Positions 38,191 to 48,626 of a stretch of DNA of 64,000 nucleotides are shown piece after piece. Within the stretch, counting starts at the first letter, position 1, and every line of letters starts with the position of its first letter. A program made the translations under genes and the position numbers. The notes beneath the pieces are model-generated. The model was not told where the DNA came from, did not search any database, and saw only the letters and a program-made list of their open reading frames with translations. Source of the stretch: an uncultured Alphaproteobacteria bacterium (GTDB lineage Bacteria > Pseudomonadota > Alphaproteobacteria > RF32 > CAG-239); assembly GCA_944392315.1 (NCBI GenBank), contig CALXWH010000001.1, positions 64,703 to 128,702 on the forward strand, given 5' to 3'.

Positions 38191-40668
38191 ATGGTAGAAA
38201 ATGCCAGATATAATGGTAAGGCTTCGTTTGAAGAGTGGAAAAAAGATTGGGAATTAGAAGAAAGATACAATTTCAAATCTATTGAAAGTAAATGGCAAAA
38301 AATTTGGGAAGATGAAAAGGCTTACAAAGTAGAAATTGATCATGAAAAGCCTAAATTTTATGCTTTGGTTGAGTTTCCTTATCCATCAGGCGCTGGGCTT
38401 CATGTAGGACACCCTCGTTCTTATACCGCTCTTGATGTTATCGCTCGTAAAAAACGTATGGAAGGCTTTAATGTGCTTTATCCGATGGGGTTTGATGCCT
38501 TCGGATTGCCTGCCGAAAATTATGCTGTCAAAACAGGTATTCATCCGGCTATTTCTACAAAAGCTAATATTGCAAATTTCACCAGACAGCTTAAATCTAT
38601 CGGTCTTTCATTTGATTGGGACAGATGCTTTAATACTTGTGACCCAGAGTACTATAAGTGGACTCAATGGATGTTCCTGAAGTTTTATGAAAAAGGTTTA
38701 GCTTATAAATCTAAAATCGCCATTAACTGGTGTCCTTCCTGTAAGGTGGGTTTGGCTAATGAGGAAGTTGTTAACGGTCGTTGTGAGCGTTGCGGGGCGG
38801 AAGTTGTACGCCGCAATAAAGAGCAATGGATGCTCGCCATTACCAAATATGCCGATAGATTGATTGATGATTTGGCTACGGTTGATTTTATTGATCGCGT
38901 TAAATCGCAACAAATTAACTGGATTGGTCGTTCTCACGGTGCAGAGCTTGATTTTGATATTACTGATAATGACGGTAATTCTTTAGGGCGTAAATTGAAA
39001 GTATTCACAACACGTCCGGATACAGCTTTTGGTGTGACATATATGGTTATGGCTCCGGAGCATCAGTATATTAAAGAATTAGCTGAAAAGTTTGATAACT
39101 GGAATGAGATTGTTGCTTATGTTGCCGAAACAGCTAAAAAATCTGATTTACAACGCACCGCGGATGACTCTAAAACCGGTGTTGAGCTCATTGGTATTAA
39201 GGCTAGAAATCCTTTTAACGGTCAGCTTATTCCTATCTTTATCTCTGACTATGTTTTGACCGGTTATGGTACGGGAGCCATTATGGCGGTTCCGGCGCAT
39301 GATCAACGCGACTATGACTTTGCGAAGAAATTTAACCTTCCGATTATTCAGGTTTTGGAGGGTGGCGATATTTCTGAAAAAGCATTTGAAGAAGATGGGG
39401 TTCATATCAATTCTGACTTCTTGAACGGTATGGGAAAAGATGATGGTATCAAAGCTGCCATTGATTATGCGAAGGAACATTGTTTTGGTGACGCAAAAGT
39501 TAATTTCAAATTACGTGACTGGGTCTTTTCTCGTCAACGTTATTGGGGTGAGCCTATTCCTATGGTTTATTGCGAACATTGCGGTTGGCAGCCTATTCCT
39601 GAAAGCGAACTGCCTTTGACTTTGCCGAATATTTCTGACTTTCAGCCAAACGACAATGGTGATTCACCTTTGGCAAAAGCAACGGATTGGGTTAACACAA
39701 CTTGTCCGAAATGCGGAGCTCCGGCTAGACGTGAAACGGATGTTATGCCAAACTGGGCTGGGTCTTCTTGGTATTTCTTGAGATATTGTGATCCACACAA
39801 TGATAAAGAATTTGCTTCTAAAGAAGCTTTGGATTATTGGATGAATGTTGACTGGTACAACGGTGGTATGGAACACACAACGTTGCACTTGTTATATTCT
39901 CGTTTTTGGCATAAGTTCTTATATGATTGCGGATATGTTCCCACCAGTGAACCGTTCAAAAAACGTACTTCTCATGGTATGATTTTGGCTGAAAACGGCG
40001 AGAAGATGTCTAAATCTCGCGGTAATGTGATTAACCCAGATGAAGTTATTGATGCTTATGGTGCTGATGCTTTCAGAATGTATGAGATGTTTATCGGGCC
40101 GTTTGATCAGGTTGCTATGTGGTCTGATGAAAGCCTAAACGGCGTTTATCGTTTCGTTAATAAGATTTTTGCACTGTTTGCAAAAGTTACAAAAGTTTCT
40201 CCTTCTGCCAAAGATTTGCAGGTTATGCATAAATGCATTATTGAGATTACCGAGCGTATTGACCAAATGAAATTTAATACAGCTGTTTCTTCATTGATGA
40301 CTTATGTTAATTATATGGCTTCTCTTCCTGAAATTCCGGTTGAGATGTATGAGACCTTATTAAAGCTCGTTTCTCCGTTCTCTCCACATATTGCAGAAGA
40401 AATGTGGGCGCGTTTGGGACATGAAAATCTTATTATCAAAGAATCTTGGCCTAAGGGTAATCCGGAATTAGCGAAAGAAAATACAGTTACTATTGCCGTG
40501 CAGATTAACGGCAAAATGCGCGGCACAATTGAAGTGGAACGTGATTGCGACCAAGAAAAAGTTATTGCAACGGCTAAGTCGTTGGATAACGTTGCTAAGC
40601 AATTGTCCGATGTTGAACCCAGAAAAATCATTGTTGTACCAAATAGGATTGTGAACATTGTCTTGTAA
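38191..40668 (+). CDS. leuS: Leucine--tRNA ligase
   Basis: HVGHPRSY (HIGH), KMSKSRGN (KMSKS), editing-domain TTRPDT; 825 aa. Confidence 0.95.
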   Translation: MVENARYNGKASFEEWKKDWELEERYNFKSIESKWQKIWEDEKAYKVEIDHEKPKFYALVEFPYPSGAGLHVGHPRSYTALDVIARKKRMEGFNVLYPMGFDAFGLPAENYAVKTGIHPAISTKANIANFTRQLKSIGLSFDWDRCFNTCDPEYYKWTQWMFLKFYEKGLAYKSKIAINWCPSCKVGLANEEVVNGRCERCGAEVVRRNKEQWMLAITKYADRLIDDLATVDFIDRVKSQQINWIGRSHGAELDFDITDNDGNSLGRKLKVFTTRPDTAFGVTYMVMAPEHQYIKELAEKFDNWNEIVAYVAETAKKSDLQRTADDSKTGVELIGIKARNPFNGQLIPIFISDYVLTGYGTGAIMAVPAHDQRDYDFAKKFNLPIIQVLEGGDISEKAFEEDGVHINSDFLNGMGKDDGIKAAIDYAKEHCFGDAKVNFKLRDWVFSRQRYWGEPIPMVYCEHCGWQPIPESELPLTLPNISDFQPNDNGDSPLAKATDWVNTTCPKCGAPARRETDVMPNWAGSSWYFLRYCDPHNDKEFASKEALDYWMNVDWYNGGMEHTTLHLLYSRFWHKFLYDCGYVPTSEPFKKRTSHGMILAENGEKMSKSRGNVINPDEVIDAYGADAFRMYEMFIGPFDQVAMWSDESLNGVYRFVNKIFALFAKVTKVSPSAKDLQVMHKCIIEITERIDQMKFNTAVSSLMTYVNYMASLPEIPVEMYETLLKLVSPFSPHIAEEMWARLGHENLIIKESWPKGNPELAKENTVTIAVQINGKMRGTIEVERDCDQEKVIATAKSLDNVAKQLSDVEPRKIIVVPNRIVNIVL

Positions 40669-41221
40669 ATATAGAAATACATTTGTTTTGGCAGCACTTT
40701 TATTCGTAGCTTCGTGCGGATTTGAGCCGTTGTATGTGGAGCGAACTTCATCTAGTCAATGGTATTATAATGGGAAATTTGATACCAGTGTGAAAGATGA
40801 AATGGCTAGTGTGAAAATTGAGCTTATCCAAGACAGAATCGGACAGCTTATTCGTAACGACTTATTGGATAAGCTTACTCCTAAAGGTGAGCCCAAACAT
40901 GCAAAATACATTTTAAGTGTTACTAAAATTAACAAGCAAGAAATTGACCAAGCTTTGCGTAATGATATTACCGCTACTCGTAAAAAGGTAATTTATAAAG
41001 TTACATATGTTTTGAAAAATGCTGAACACAAAACCTTAATTACCGGCAACAGTGTTGCCTATACCGGTTATGATATTTTACGCGACCCTTATTCAACAAC
41101 TTTTGCTCAGAAAAAAGTTGAAAAGAATGCCGCAAAAATTTTAGCTAATGATATCTCTTTACGCTTGGGGGCTTATTTCCACTCGCTTGAAACAAACAGA
41201 GGCAACCCTAATGAATATTAA
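40658..41221 (+). CDS. lptE: LPS-assembly lipoprotein LptE
   Basis: Lipobox plus hallmark FVAS-CGFEPLY. Conserved position between leuS and holA. TTG start overlaps the leuS end. Confidence 0.75.
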   Translation: MSCKYRNTFVLAALLFVASCGFEPLYVERTSSSQWYYNGKFDTSVKDEMASVKIELIQDRIGQLIRNDLLDKLTPKGEPKHAKYILSVTKINKQEIDQALRNDITATRKKVIYKVTYVLKNAEHKTLITGNSVAYTGYDILRDPYSTTFAQKKVEKNAAKILANDISLRLGAYFHSLETNRGNPNEY

Positions 41222-42236
41222 GCCGGAACAGGTTGACAATCTTGTCAAATCTCTTCCGCAGAATATTCGCGGAGTTGTTATTTACGGCTCTAACGAAGGT
41301 ATGATTGCCACTCTTTCTCAGCAGTTTATCAAGGCTATCTCTCCTGATATATATGATGCTTTTCATGTGAGCTATTTGGAGATGTCTGATATTACGGCTG
41401 ATGTGGGTGCTCTTTATGCTGAATTTAATGCGCAATCTCTTATGGGCGGACGTAGAGTTGTGGTTATTAAAGAAGCAACTAATCTTTTAACCAAGACATT
41501 AAAAGAGCTTTTTGCATCCAGTCCTTCCGATACTTTGCTGGTGGCTACTTCTACTTCGCTTAAAACAAAAGATTCATTGGCTGTATTAGCTAAAGATGAT
41601 GATTGTTTTTATGGAATCGGCTGTTATGACGATAGAGATGAGGATATTACATCATTTGCCTCTAAATTTATCAGTAAAAACGGTTTTACTATAGACAACA
41701 GCTCTTTCCAGCTTTTATGTTCAAGGCTATCTAACGACAGAAAAATCAGCGCTAATGAGCTTGATAAACTTATTACCTATATGGGCAACAAAAAAAATAT
41801 TGAGTTCAACGATATTTTGACGGTGATTAGCGATACATCGGCCTCCTCTCAAGAGGATTTATGCTATTTTGTCGCACTCGGACAAACTGAAAAGGCGATT
41901 GCTTCTTATAATCGTTTAGTTTTTGAAGGTGAGCAGCCTGTGGCACTTATTCGTGCTATCAGCTATCATTTTATGAAACTTTTGGATTGTGCCGTTAAGA
42001 TGGAAAAAGGTGAGACAGCTGATAAAGTTGTTTTCGGGCTTCGTCCACCGCTGATGTTTTTTAGAAAAAATGCTTTTATTTCTCAGTTGCGCATCTGGAA
42101 CCGAAGTCGGATTATGAATGCTCTTAATTTACTTTATCAAACAGAACGCGAGTGTAAAACGACAGATTTTCCTGCCGAGCAGAACGCCAGTTTTACCATT
42201 ATGCGAATCGCTAACGGCGTTAAAAGATTCAAATAA
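41211..42236 (+). CDS. holA: DNA polymerase III subunit delta
   Basis: 341 aa from ATG 41211, overlapping lptE by 11 nt. Conserved leuS-lptE-holA synteny and a delta-like N-terminus (VVIYGSNEGM). Confidence 0.75.
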   Translation: MNIKPEQVDNLVKSLPQNIRGVVIYGSNEGMIATLSQQFIKAISPDIYDAFHVSYLEMSDITADVGALYAEFNAQSLMGGRRVVVIKEATNLLTKTLKELFASSPSDTLLVATSTSLKTKDSLAVLAKDDDCFYGIGCYDDRDEDITSFASKFISKNGFTIDNSSFQLLCSRLSNDRKISANELDKLITYMGNKKNIEFNDILTVISDTSASSQEDLCYFVALGQTEKAIASYNRLVFEGEQPVALIRAISYHFMKLLDCAVKMEKGETADKVVFGLRPPLMFFRKNAFISQLRIWNRSRIMNALNLLYQTERECKTTDFPAEQNASFTIMRIANGVKRFK

Positions 42237-42259
42237 CTTTTGATATTTACAACAAAATA

Positions 42260-42288
42260 AAATCCCCTGTTGTTGCAGCAGGGGATTT
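42260..42288. terminator. Bidirectional intrinsic terminator between holA and clpX
   Basis: AAATCCCCTG / CAGGGGATTT 10-bp stem, with an A-tract before and a T-tract after. Confidence 0.8.
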
Positions 42289-42303
42289 GTTTATGCGTCT
42301 ATT

Positions 42304-43563
42304 TTATGCGCTCTTTTTGTGTTTTTTACGAACGTACTCCGGTTCTGCACCATTATTTATAACATTCGCATCTATTACAATTTCTGTCACATCCTTTTTA
42401 TCCGGTATGTTATACATCAAATCTAACAGATTTTCTTCCATAATGGCACGTAAACCTCTGGCACCGGTTTTGCGCTCTATGGCTTTTTTCGCAATAGCGG
42501 TTAGAGCATCATCCGTGATGGTCAACTTTACGCCTTCCATATCAAACAATGTCTTGTATTGCTTCAACAGAGCATTCTTGGGTTCGGTTAATACCTTAAT
42601 CAAAGCTTCTTCGTTTAAGTCATCTAATGTTGCGATAACAGGCAAACGTCCGATAAATTCCGGTATTAAACCATATTTCAACAAATCTTCTGGCTGAACT
42701 TGTTTATATATTTCTCCCAAAGTCTTTTCTTCCGCATCTTTAATTTGCGCACCAAAGCCAATAGAAGTTTCTTGTCCGCGGCGTCCGATAATTTTTTCCA
42801 GTCCGGCAAATGCACCACCGCATATAAACAAGATATTGGTTGTATCTACATGCAAAAACTCTTGCTGTGGGTGCTTTCTTCCTCCTTGCGGCGGAATATT
42901 CGCAACTGTTCCTTCAATAATTTTCAACAGTGCTTGTTGAACGCCTTCACCCGATACGTCTCTTGTGATAGATGGGCCATCAGTTTTACGCGTAATTTTA
43001 TCTATCTCATCAATATAAACAATTCCACGTTCGGCTTTTTCTATATCATAATTAGCGGCTTGTACTAATTTTAATACTATATTTTCAACGTCTTCACCAA
43101 CGTATCCGGCTTCTGTTAAAGTGGTTGCGTCGGCTATTGCAAACGGAACTTCCAAAACTTTTGCCAAGGTCTGAGCCAACAATGTTTTCCCAGAACCTGT
43201 GGAACCAATTAAAATCACGTTTGACTTTGAAATTTCTATATCCGGATTTTGCAGCTTATTATTCAAACGTTTGTAGTGGTTATATACAGCAACCGATAAC
43301 ACTTTTTTGGCATAGTCTTGACCGATTACATATTGATCTAAAAATTCTTTGATTTTAGAAGGAGTGGGCAGATGTTCTTGTATTTCTGCTTCTTCTGCCT
43401 TTTTCTCTTCTTTGACTTCTTGAGAAACAATATTGATACAAACATCAATACATTCGTCGCAAATATACACTCCTCGTCCGGCGATTAACTTTTTGACTTC
43501 ATTTTGGCTCTTACCGCAAAATGAGCAATGTAATACTTTATCGTCATCTGTTCTATCTGTCAT
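42304..43563 (-). CDS. clpX: ATP-dependent Clp protease ATP-binding subunit ClpX
   Basis: C4 zinc finger CSFCGK...CDEC, Walker A GSTGSGKT, and IGF-loop region. Confidence 0.97.
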   Translation of the reverse strand: MTDRTDDDKVLHCSFCGKSQNEVKKLIAGRGVYICDECIDVCINIVSQEVKEEKKAEEAEIQEHLPTPSKIKEFLDQYVIGQDYAKKVLSVAVYNHYKRLNNKLQNPDIEISKSNVILIGSTGSGKTLLAQTLAKVLEVPFAIADATTLTEAGYVGEDVENIVLKLVQAANYDIEKAERGIVYIDEIDKITRKTDGPSITRDVSGEGVQQALLKIIEGTVANIPPQGGRKHPQQEFLHVDTTNILFICGGAFAGLEKIIGRRGQETSIGFGAQIKDAEEKTLGEIYKQVQPEDLLKYGLIPEFIGRLPVIATLDDLNEEALIKVLTEPKNALLKQYKTLFDMEGVKLTITDDALTAIAKKAIERKTGARGLRAIMEENLLDLMYNIPDKKDVTEIVIDANVINNGAEPEYVRKKHKKSA

Positions 43564-43574
43564 TTTTTCTTTTC

Positions 43575-44201
43575 CTATTTGATTACTTCTAAACGATTTT
43601 TTACAATATGGTCAATTAAGCCGAATTCTTTGGCTTCTTCCGGATTCATAAAGTTATCTCTATCCATCGCTTTTTCAATTACGGATAACTTATTTCCGGT
43701 ATTTTCTGCGTATATCTTATTCAGGCGCTTTCTTAATTCTAAGATTTCACGGGCTTGAATTTCAATATCGGATGCCATACCTCTTGCACCACCTGATGGT
43801 TGATGTATCATAATGCGAGAATTTGGAAGAGAAAAACGCTTGCCCTTGGTTCCTCCGGCTAACAAGAATGACCCCATTGAGCATGCTTGACCGATACATA
43901 AGGTTGCGACATCACAAGAAATATATTTCATTGTATCATACATTGCCATTCCAGATGTTACAACACCTCCCGGTGAGTTAATGTATAAGAAGATATCCTT
44001 TTTCGGATTTTCTGATTCCAAAAATAAAAGTTGAGCGCAGACTAATGAAGATACTTCATCATTTACTTCGCCGGTTAGAAAAATGATACGTTCTTTTAAT
44101 AAACGTGAAAATATGTCAAAAGAACGTTCGCCTCTGGAGGTTTGTTCTATGACCATTGGGACAAGAGTATTGTCAAATACTTCCAATGCACTTTTACTCA
44201 T
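43575..44201 (-). CDS. clpP: ATP-dependent Clp protease proteolytic subunit
   Basis: GQACSMGS (catalytic Ser), IHQP (His); 208 aa. Confidence 0.97.
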   Translation of the reverse strand: MSKSALEVFDNTLVPMVIEQTSRGERSFDIFSRLLKERIIFLTGEVNDEVSSLVCAQLLFLESENPKKDIFLYINSPGGVVTSGMAMYDTMKYISCDVATLCIGQACSMGSFLLAGGTKGKRFSLPNSRIMIHQPSGGARGMASDIEIQAREILELRKRLNKIYAENTGNKLSVIEKAMDRDNFMNPEEAKEFGLIDHIVKNRLEVIK

Positions 44202-44303
44202 GGTGTTAAATCCTTATATTTAAATTATAAAAACTCTTTTATTTATACAGGTTAATTATTCAGAAATAGTAAATAAACGCAAGTTTTTTATATTTTTTAC
44301 ACT

Positions 44304-45038
44304 TTAGTTTCTCGTACTTTTAATGTTACTACCCATGTATGATAAATCGTATGTTATTATTGTTACGCCAAACGGGTTAATCAGACCTAAATCTTTATTA
44401 TCAAATTTTGCAAATTCAAATTTCATACGTAATGTTGCTATCCAATGTGTTACTAATGGCTTTTTTAAATCCGGTCCTGTTTCTATGATGTCAAATCGTA
44501 CTTGCCAAAAGTCAAATGATACAGGATATATCATGGTTGTTTTAACTTGACGACGAACCCCCTGTTTTTGTAATGTTTCAAAATATGGATACTCCGTATT
44601 CATAAACGAATTGTATACTTCATCACTAGATGCTAATTTTATAAACTCCCCTTCTCCCAAACGGTGTTGCATCTCTTCCCAGCTATCACCTATAGTATAT
44701 CTTTTGGTAATGTAATCATCCAAAATACTTTCTGTCACTAAATCTCCAGCAAAAGCCTCACTTTCAGAACTTTCCATCAATGTCACTTGGTATCGTGTAT
44801 AATCAATCTGCATGGGAATAATCTTTGTCTTTTTTAAGGGTATCATAATGCATAGTGTAGCACCCAGTATCATACTCATACACAAACTTAAGCAAGACAT
44901 GACAACAAAGAATCGAGATGTCCATAAAAATCTTCTTTCAGGAAATGCCCTCACATTTACCTTTTCTGGATAATATCCTAACTCGTCCTTTTGTGCTTTT
45001 TCTTTGTATTTAAATAATGTATAGAATAAATCAAACAT
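44304..45038 (-). CDS. VirB8-family (T4SS inner-membrane component-like) protein, orphan
   Basis: Cytoplasmic tail and a single TM (FFVVMSCLSLCMSMILGATLCIMI). PLKKTKIIPMQID is comparable to VirB8 PLK..EPY.I.VD. DDYITKRYT and VSFDFWQVRFD are also present. The C-terminal LINPFGVTIITYDL is comparable to the conserved NPLGF.V..Y. Confidence 0.7.
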   Translation of the reverse strand: MFDLFYTLFKYKEKAQKDELGYYPEKVNVRAFPERRFLWTSRFFVVMSCLSLCMSMILGATLCIMIPLKKTKIIPMQIDYTRYQVTLMESSESEAFAGDLVTESILDDYITKRYTIGDSWEEMQHRLGEGEFIKLASSDEVYNSFMNTEYPYFETLQKQGVRRQVKTTMIYPVSFDFWQVRFDIIETGPDLKKPLVTHWIATLRMKFEFAKFDNKDLGLINPFGVTIITYDLSYMGSNIKSTRN

Positions 45039-45172
45039 CTATCAGCCACCTATCGTGTGTTTCCCTTAGGGGTATTTTACATGAAAGTTGTATAAAATCA
45101 AATAAAATACTATCAATTAAAAAATATTTAGTGTAGATATTTATTTAAGTAAACTATTTGAGGGAAGGTTTA

Positions 45173-47029
45173 ATGAAGAAAATTATCTGCTTTTTAGGAG
45201 CTTGCAGTACGTTTTTGGTTGCTTGCTCTACTACAACTTCACAGCAACAGGTTGTTGAGGCGCCGGTTATGTCTGCTTATTATTCCGATTGGGATCGCGC
45301 TGTTCGGGCAGACGTAGATATGCAAAATATGTATATCGGCACGCCTTCTAAAATTACAAGACCTATTGATATGTATATGGCTATGGCTTTGGCTTTGAAA
45401 TATAACTACACCAGACGGTTAGCAAGTTACCAAGAAAGTCTTGTTAAAGGAAACTTAAATCCTTCTACTCTCCCGACTATGGCTGAGAATCTGGGATATG
45501 ACACTGCCACGCAGTCTTCTACCATTCCGGCAGATTTGAAAATGTCTTGGAATTTATTGGATTTGTCTTCTCTTTATTATCAAAACAATCTAGCTTCACC
45601 GGAATTGGCCGCGCAAGAACAAAGCCGAAAAGTCGTTAATAATATTTTGCAAGAAACGCGCTCGCTTTATTGGAAAGCTTTGGCTGCGCAACGTCTTATT
45701 CCTGTTATAGACGACATGAATGAATATTTGGTTCGCGTGGTTGATGAACTGAATGCTCGCGCTAATGAAACCATAAAAGAAGGTAAAACTCCCTCTACAA
45801 ATCTTCTTTTGAAAAAACGTAAATACCTTGAAAGCATCAAACAGTTGGCTGATTTAAGACGTAAACTTGATACTGCTCAGGCTGAATTTGCTGGATTACT
45901 TGGTTTCTACCCTTCAACAGAAATCAAACTGGCTGGTGCTGAATATGGCAACTTCACAATTCCTTCCATGAGAGCTAAAATTCAACAATTGGAGTGGTTG
46001 GCTCTTACGAATCGTCCTGAGCTGAGAGCTTTTGATCAGATTTCTTCTAAAGATGAGTTTGAATTGGTTATCAAAGATTTTGACGATGTTGATAATAGTG
46101 ATTATCGTCAGGATCCGAATTATTACAACAGAAAATGGACTAAGGAATCTAACGATTTATCTATGAACGTATTTGAAGAAATTCGTCAGCCAGGTTATAG
46201 CACTTATAACTCCTTAGCTCGTCAGAGAATGACGAATATTGTTCTTAACCAAGTTTACCTCTCTTGGGCAATGTATCAGTCCGCTGTTGAAAATTATTTG
46301 CTCAACATGAGCGTTGCCACAACATCTGAAGATATTGCTGAAGATATTACAGATAAAGAAGGCTCCAATAAAGCTATCAGCCATTTAGAATCGGCTAAAG
46401 CGATTATTGATGAAGCCAATGCTTTCTTAGCTTATATTGATGTTCAAGAAGCTATTGGCAAATTATATGCCAGTGTTGGGATGGATGCCGTTCCTGCCGA
46501 TATGCTGAATGCTTCTCCATCAACTATTGCAGTTCAAATCAGAGAAACTTTGGATAAGTGGAAAGACGGAATCTTTATCACTTCACCTAAAGGTGCTTCT
46601 ACTTCTTTATCTATCCGTAAGCCGCCGGTAGATATTTCATCTCCAACATTGGTTCCGGATGTTGTTGTCGGAACTGGTTCTAAGGTTAATATCAAAATTC
46701 CGGATGAAGTATTTGATGCGGTTAATTGGAATGGAGAATTCAAAACCGTTGCAGGTTCTCTGGATGATGCCGGATTGCCAAAATGGTTGAAGTATGACAG
46801 TAAAACGCATACTTTCACCGGAACTCCGACTATTGACGACACAGGCTCTCATAAGATTAAAGTCTATGCGATGGATAAATCCGGAAATGCGGCAGTGTTA
46901 GGTTTTACAATTACTGTTGATAATATTTATATCCAAACGATGGAATATAAAGGTTTAACAGGTTATAGAAGAGCTAAAGTTTATCACAAATGTACTCCTG
47001 GTGCACCTTGTGCCAAAGGTGATATCTAA
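45173..47029 (+). CDS. TolC/OEP-like outer-membrane lipoprotein fused to a C-terminal dystroglycan-type cadherin-like (CADG/He_PIG) domain
   Basis: Lipobox in MKKIICFLGACSTFLVAC-S; GAGGGAAGG RBS. OEP half-repeat openers are PIDMYMAMALALKYNYT and QQLEWLALTNRPELRAF. The C-terminal IKIPDEVFDAV...LPKWLKYDSKTHTFTGTPTIDDTGSHKIKVYAMDKSGNAAVLGFTITV spans about 46640..46925. Confidence 0.65.
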   Translation: MKKIICFLGACSTFLVACSTTTSQQQVVEAPVMSAYYSDWDRAVRADVDMQNMYIGTPSKITRPIDMYMAMALALKYNYTRRLASYQESLVKGNLNPSTLPTMAENLGYDTATQSSTIPADLKMSWNLLDLSSLYYQNNLASPELAAQEQSRKVVNNILQETRSLYWKALAAQRLIPVIDDMNEYLVRVVDELNARANETIKEGKTPSTNLLLKKRKYLESIKQLADLRRKLDTAQAEFAGLLGFYPSTEIKLAGAEYGNFTIPSMRAKIQQLEWLALTNRPELRAFDQISSKDEFELVIKDFDDVDNSDYRQDPNYYNRKWTKESNDLSMNVFEEIRQPGYSTYNSLARQRMTNIVLNQVYLSWAMYQSAVENYLLNMSVATTSEDIAEDITDKEGSNKAISHLESAKAIIDEANAFLAYIDVQEAIGKLYASVGMDAVPADMLNASPSTIAVQIRETLDKWKDGIFITSPKGASTSLSIRKPPVDISSPTLVPDVVVGTGSKVNIKIPDEVFDAVNWNGEFKTVAGSLDDAGLPKWLKYDSKTHTFTGTPTIDDTGSHKIKVYAMDKSGNAAVLGFTITVDNIYIQTMEYKGLTGYRRAKVYHKCTPGAPCAKGDI

Positions 47030-47041
47030 GGCATAAAAAAC

Positions 47042-48622
47042 GTGTTGAATATTGTTCTTAAATATCCTCTATCGTTTATTTTTATTATGTGCTTGCTGTT
47101 GCTCTTAACAGCAGGCACATTTTTTGGTTCAGCTTATCTTTCTCCCATAGAAGCTTGTTATTTTTTAGTATCCGCCTTTTTTGTGTTTACGCAGCGTACG
47201 CTTGTTGCAAAGTTTTTTGTTTTTATCTCGGCCCTGCTCTGTGCCCTGATGTATTATTTATATTCTCTTTCCTCGTTTTATTTATTTCTATCGGAGATTA
47301 TACTTCTTGGAATTTGCGCATATAATTCGCTCAAAGAATCTGTCCGTTATATTTCTTTTTTTATCTTAGCTTTAGCCTTTCTTGGCCATTTATTTTATAT
47401 CCAAAGTATTCCTGTAGAACAATATCAACATGATTTGAACGGTATATTGCTCTATATGAATAAAATCAGCCTCAACTGGTTTAATTGGCGTGATTTTAAT
47501 CCATGGTACATGTATTATCTTTTCCACCAACCTTTGCACTTTTGGCTCTTATCTTATCTACAAAATTTCAGCTTAGATTTATGGAATTCTCTTACCCTAT
47601 CACATGAAATCTTACAGTATATGTCTCTTTTTTATGTTACTGTATTTTCAGTTATTTTTTCACTCATACTTAAAGAATTAAAGTTCAATACAAACTTTTA
47701 TTCTTTTTCCTTATTACTTTTCATCTTTAACCCAACGCTATTCCTGTTTTCTGGTTATATTTCCGATGATGCGCCGGTTCTTTTTTGGGGATGCCTTGTG
47801 GTATATTTTAGTTTCAAATGGTTTCTGACAAACAAAACTCGTTATATTGTTTTTTCTGCACTTTGTTTTGGTTTTGGAGTACTGACTAAATTATCTATCT
47901 TGATGTTAGTACCGGCTTTGAGCTTTTTATTTTTATATAAGTTAATATCTGCTCGTTTTAATAAGTCTGTGTGGCTTGATTTAAATCTTTTTATTATCAT
48001 TGCAGTACCTCTGGCGCTATCTTGGATTGTTCGCAATCATGTGCTTTTTGACATGCAATTTTATAATGTTCCGGACACCTCTCCTAGTGGGCAGAACTTC
48101 TATTATTTAGATTTTTTGGAGAGGATTTTTGATTTTTCTCAAATTCTTGTACCCTTTATCCAATCGCCTGAGGTTGTTGATGGTAATATCTGGTTGGCTC
48201 TTATCAAAACTGAACTTTTTGGTGAGTGGGACATGTCTCTGCGTGGCCCTATACTTTTTTATCCAGCCTTGATGCTATACGTTTTTAATATATTACTCAA
48301 ACTTTTTGTTTTGTACTCCGTTCTTTTTCTTTTTTATAAAATGTGTCGCAAGCAAATACCTGTCTCGCCCATTCTCATCTTCTTTATAATCTTATATGTT
48401 ACTTTATGGGGATACGGATTTAAATACGCTATGGATTATCCTTATGCTTGCTCCAGTGATTTTCGTCTTTTTGCTTTGCTTATGATACCTGATACTATTA
48501 TTCCGGCGTACTCTTTGCAAAAAATCTCATTTTTCCAACAACAAAAAAAGGCAAACATTTTGCTTGCCTTTGCTATTATTTATTCAATCCTCTCGTGCTT
48601 CATTTATACTTGGGGATTTTAA
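47042..48622 (+). CDS. GT-C fold (ArnT/PMT-like) polytopic membrane protein
   Basis: GTG start 12 nt after the upstream stop. At least 12 TM segments. SGYISDDAPVLFWG...FGFGVLTKLSILMLVP resembles ArnT-family loops. Confidence 0.55.
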   Translation: MLNIVLKYPLSFIFIMCLLLLLTAGTFFGSAYLSPIEACYFLVSAFFVFTQRTLVAKFFVFISALLCALMYYLYSLSSFYLFLSEIILLGICAYNSLKESVRYISFFILALAFLGHLFYIQSIPVEQYQHDLNGILLYMNKISLNWFNWRDFNPWYMYYLFHQPLHFWLLSYLQNFSLDLWNSLTLSHEILQYMSLFYVTVFSVIFSLILKELKFNTNFYSFSLLLFIFNPTLFLFSGYISDDAPVLFWGCLVVYFSFKWFLTNKTRYIVFSALCFGFGVLTKLSILMLVPALSFLFLYKLISARFNKSVWLDLNLFIIIAVPLALSWIVRNHVLFDMQFYNVPDTSPSGQNFYYLDFLERIFDFSQILVPFIQSPEVVDGNIWLALIKTELFGEWDMSLRGPILFYPALMLYVFNILLKLFVLYSVLFLFYKMCRKQIPVSPILIFFIILYVTLWGYGFKYAMDYPYACSSDFRLFALLMIPDTIIPAYSLQKISFFQQQKKANILLAFAIIYSILSCFIYTWGF

Positions 48623-48626
48623 TTTT

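Noticed and set aside
44304-47029. Type IV secretion or conjugative island
   Set aside because: Only a VirB8-family gene is present. I saw no VirB4/B11/D4 ATPases, VirB6/B9/B10, relaxase, integrase or flanking repeats. The locus is reported as an orphan or novel-context finding rather than as a T4SS.
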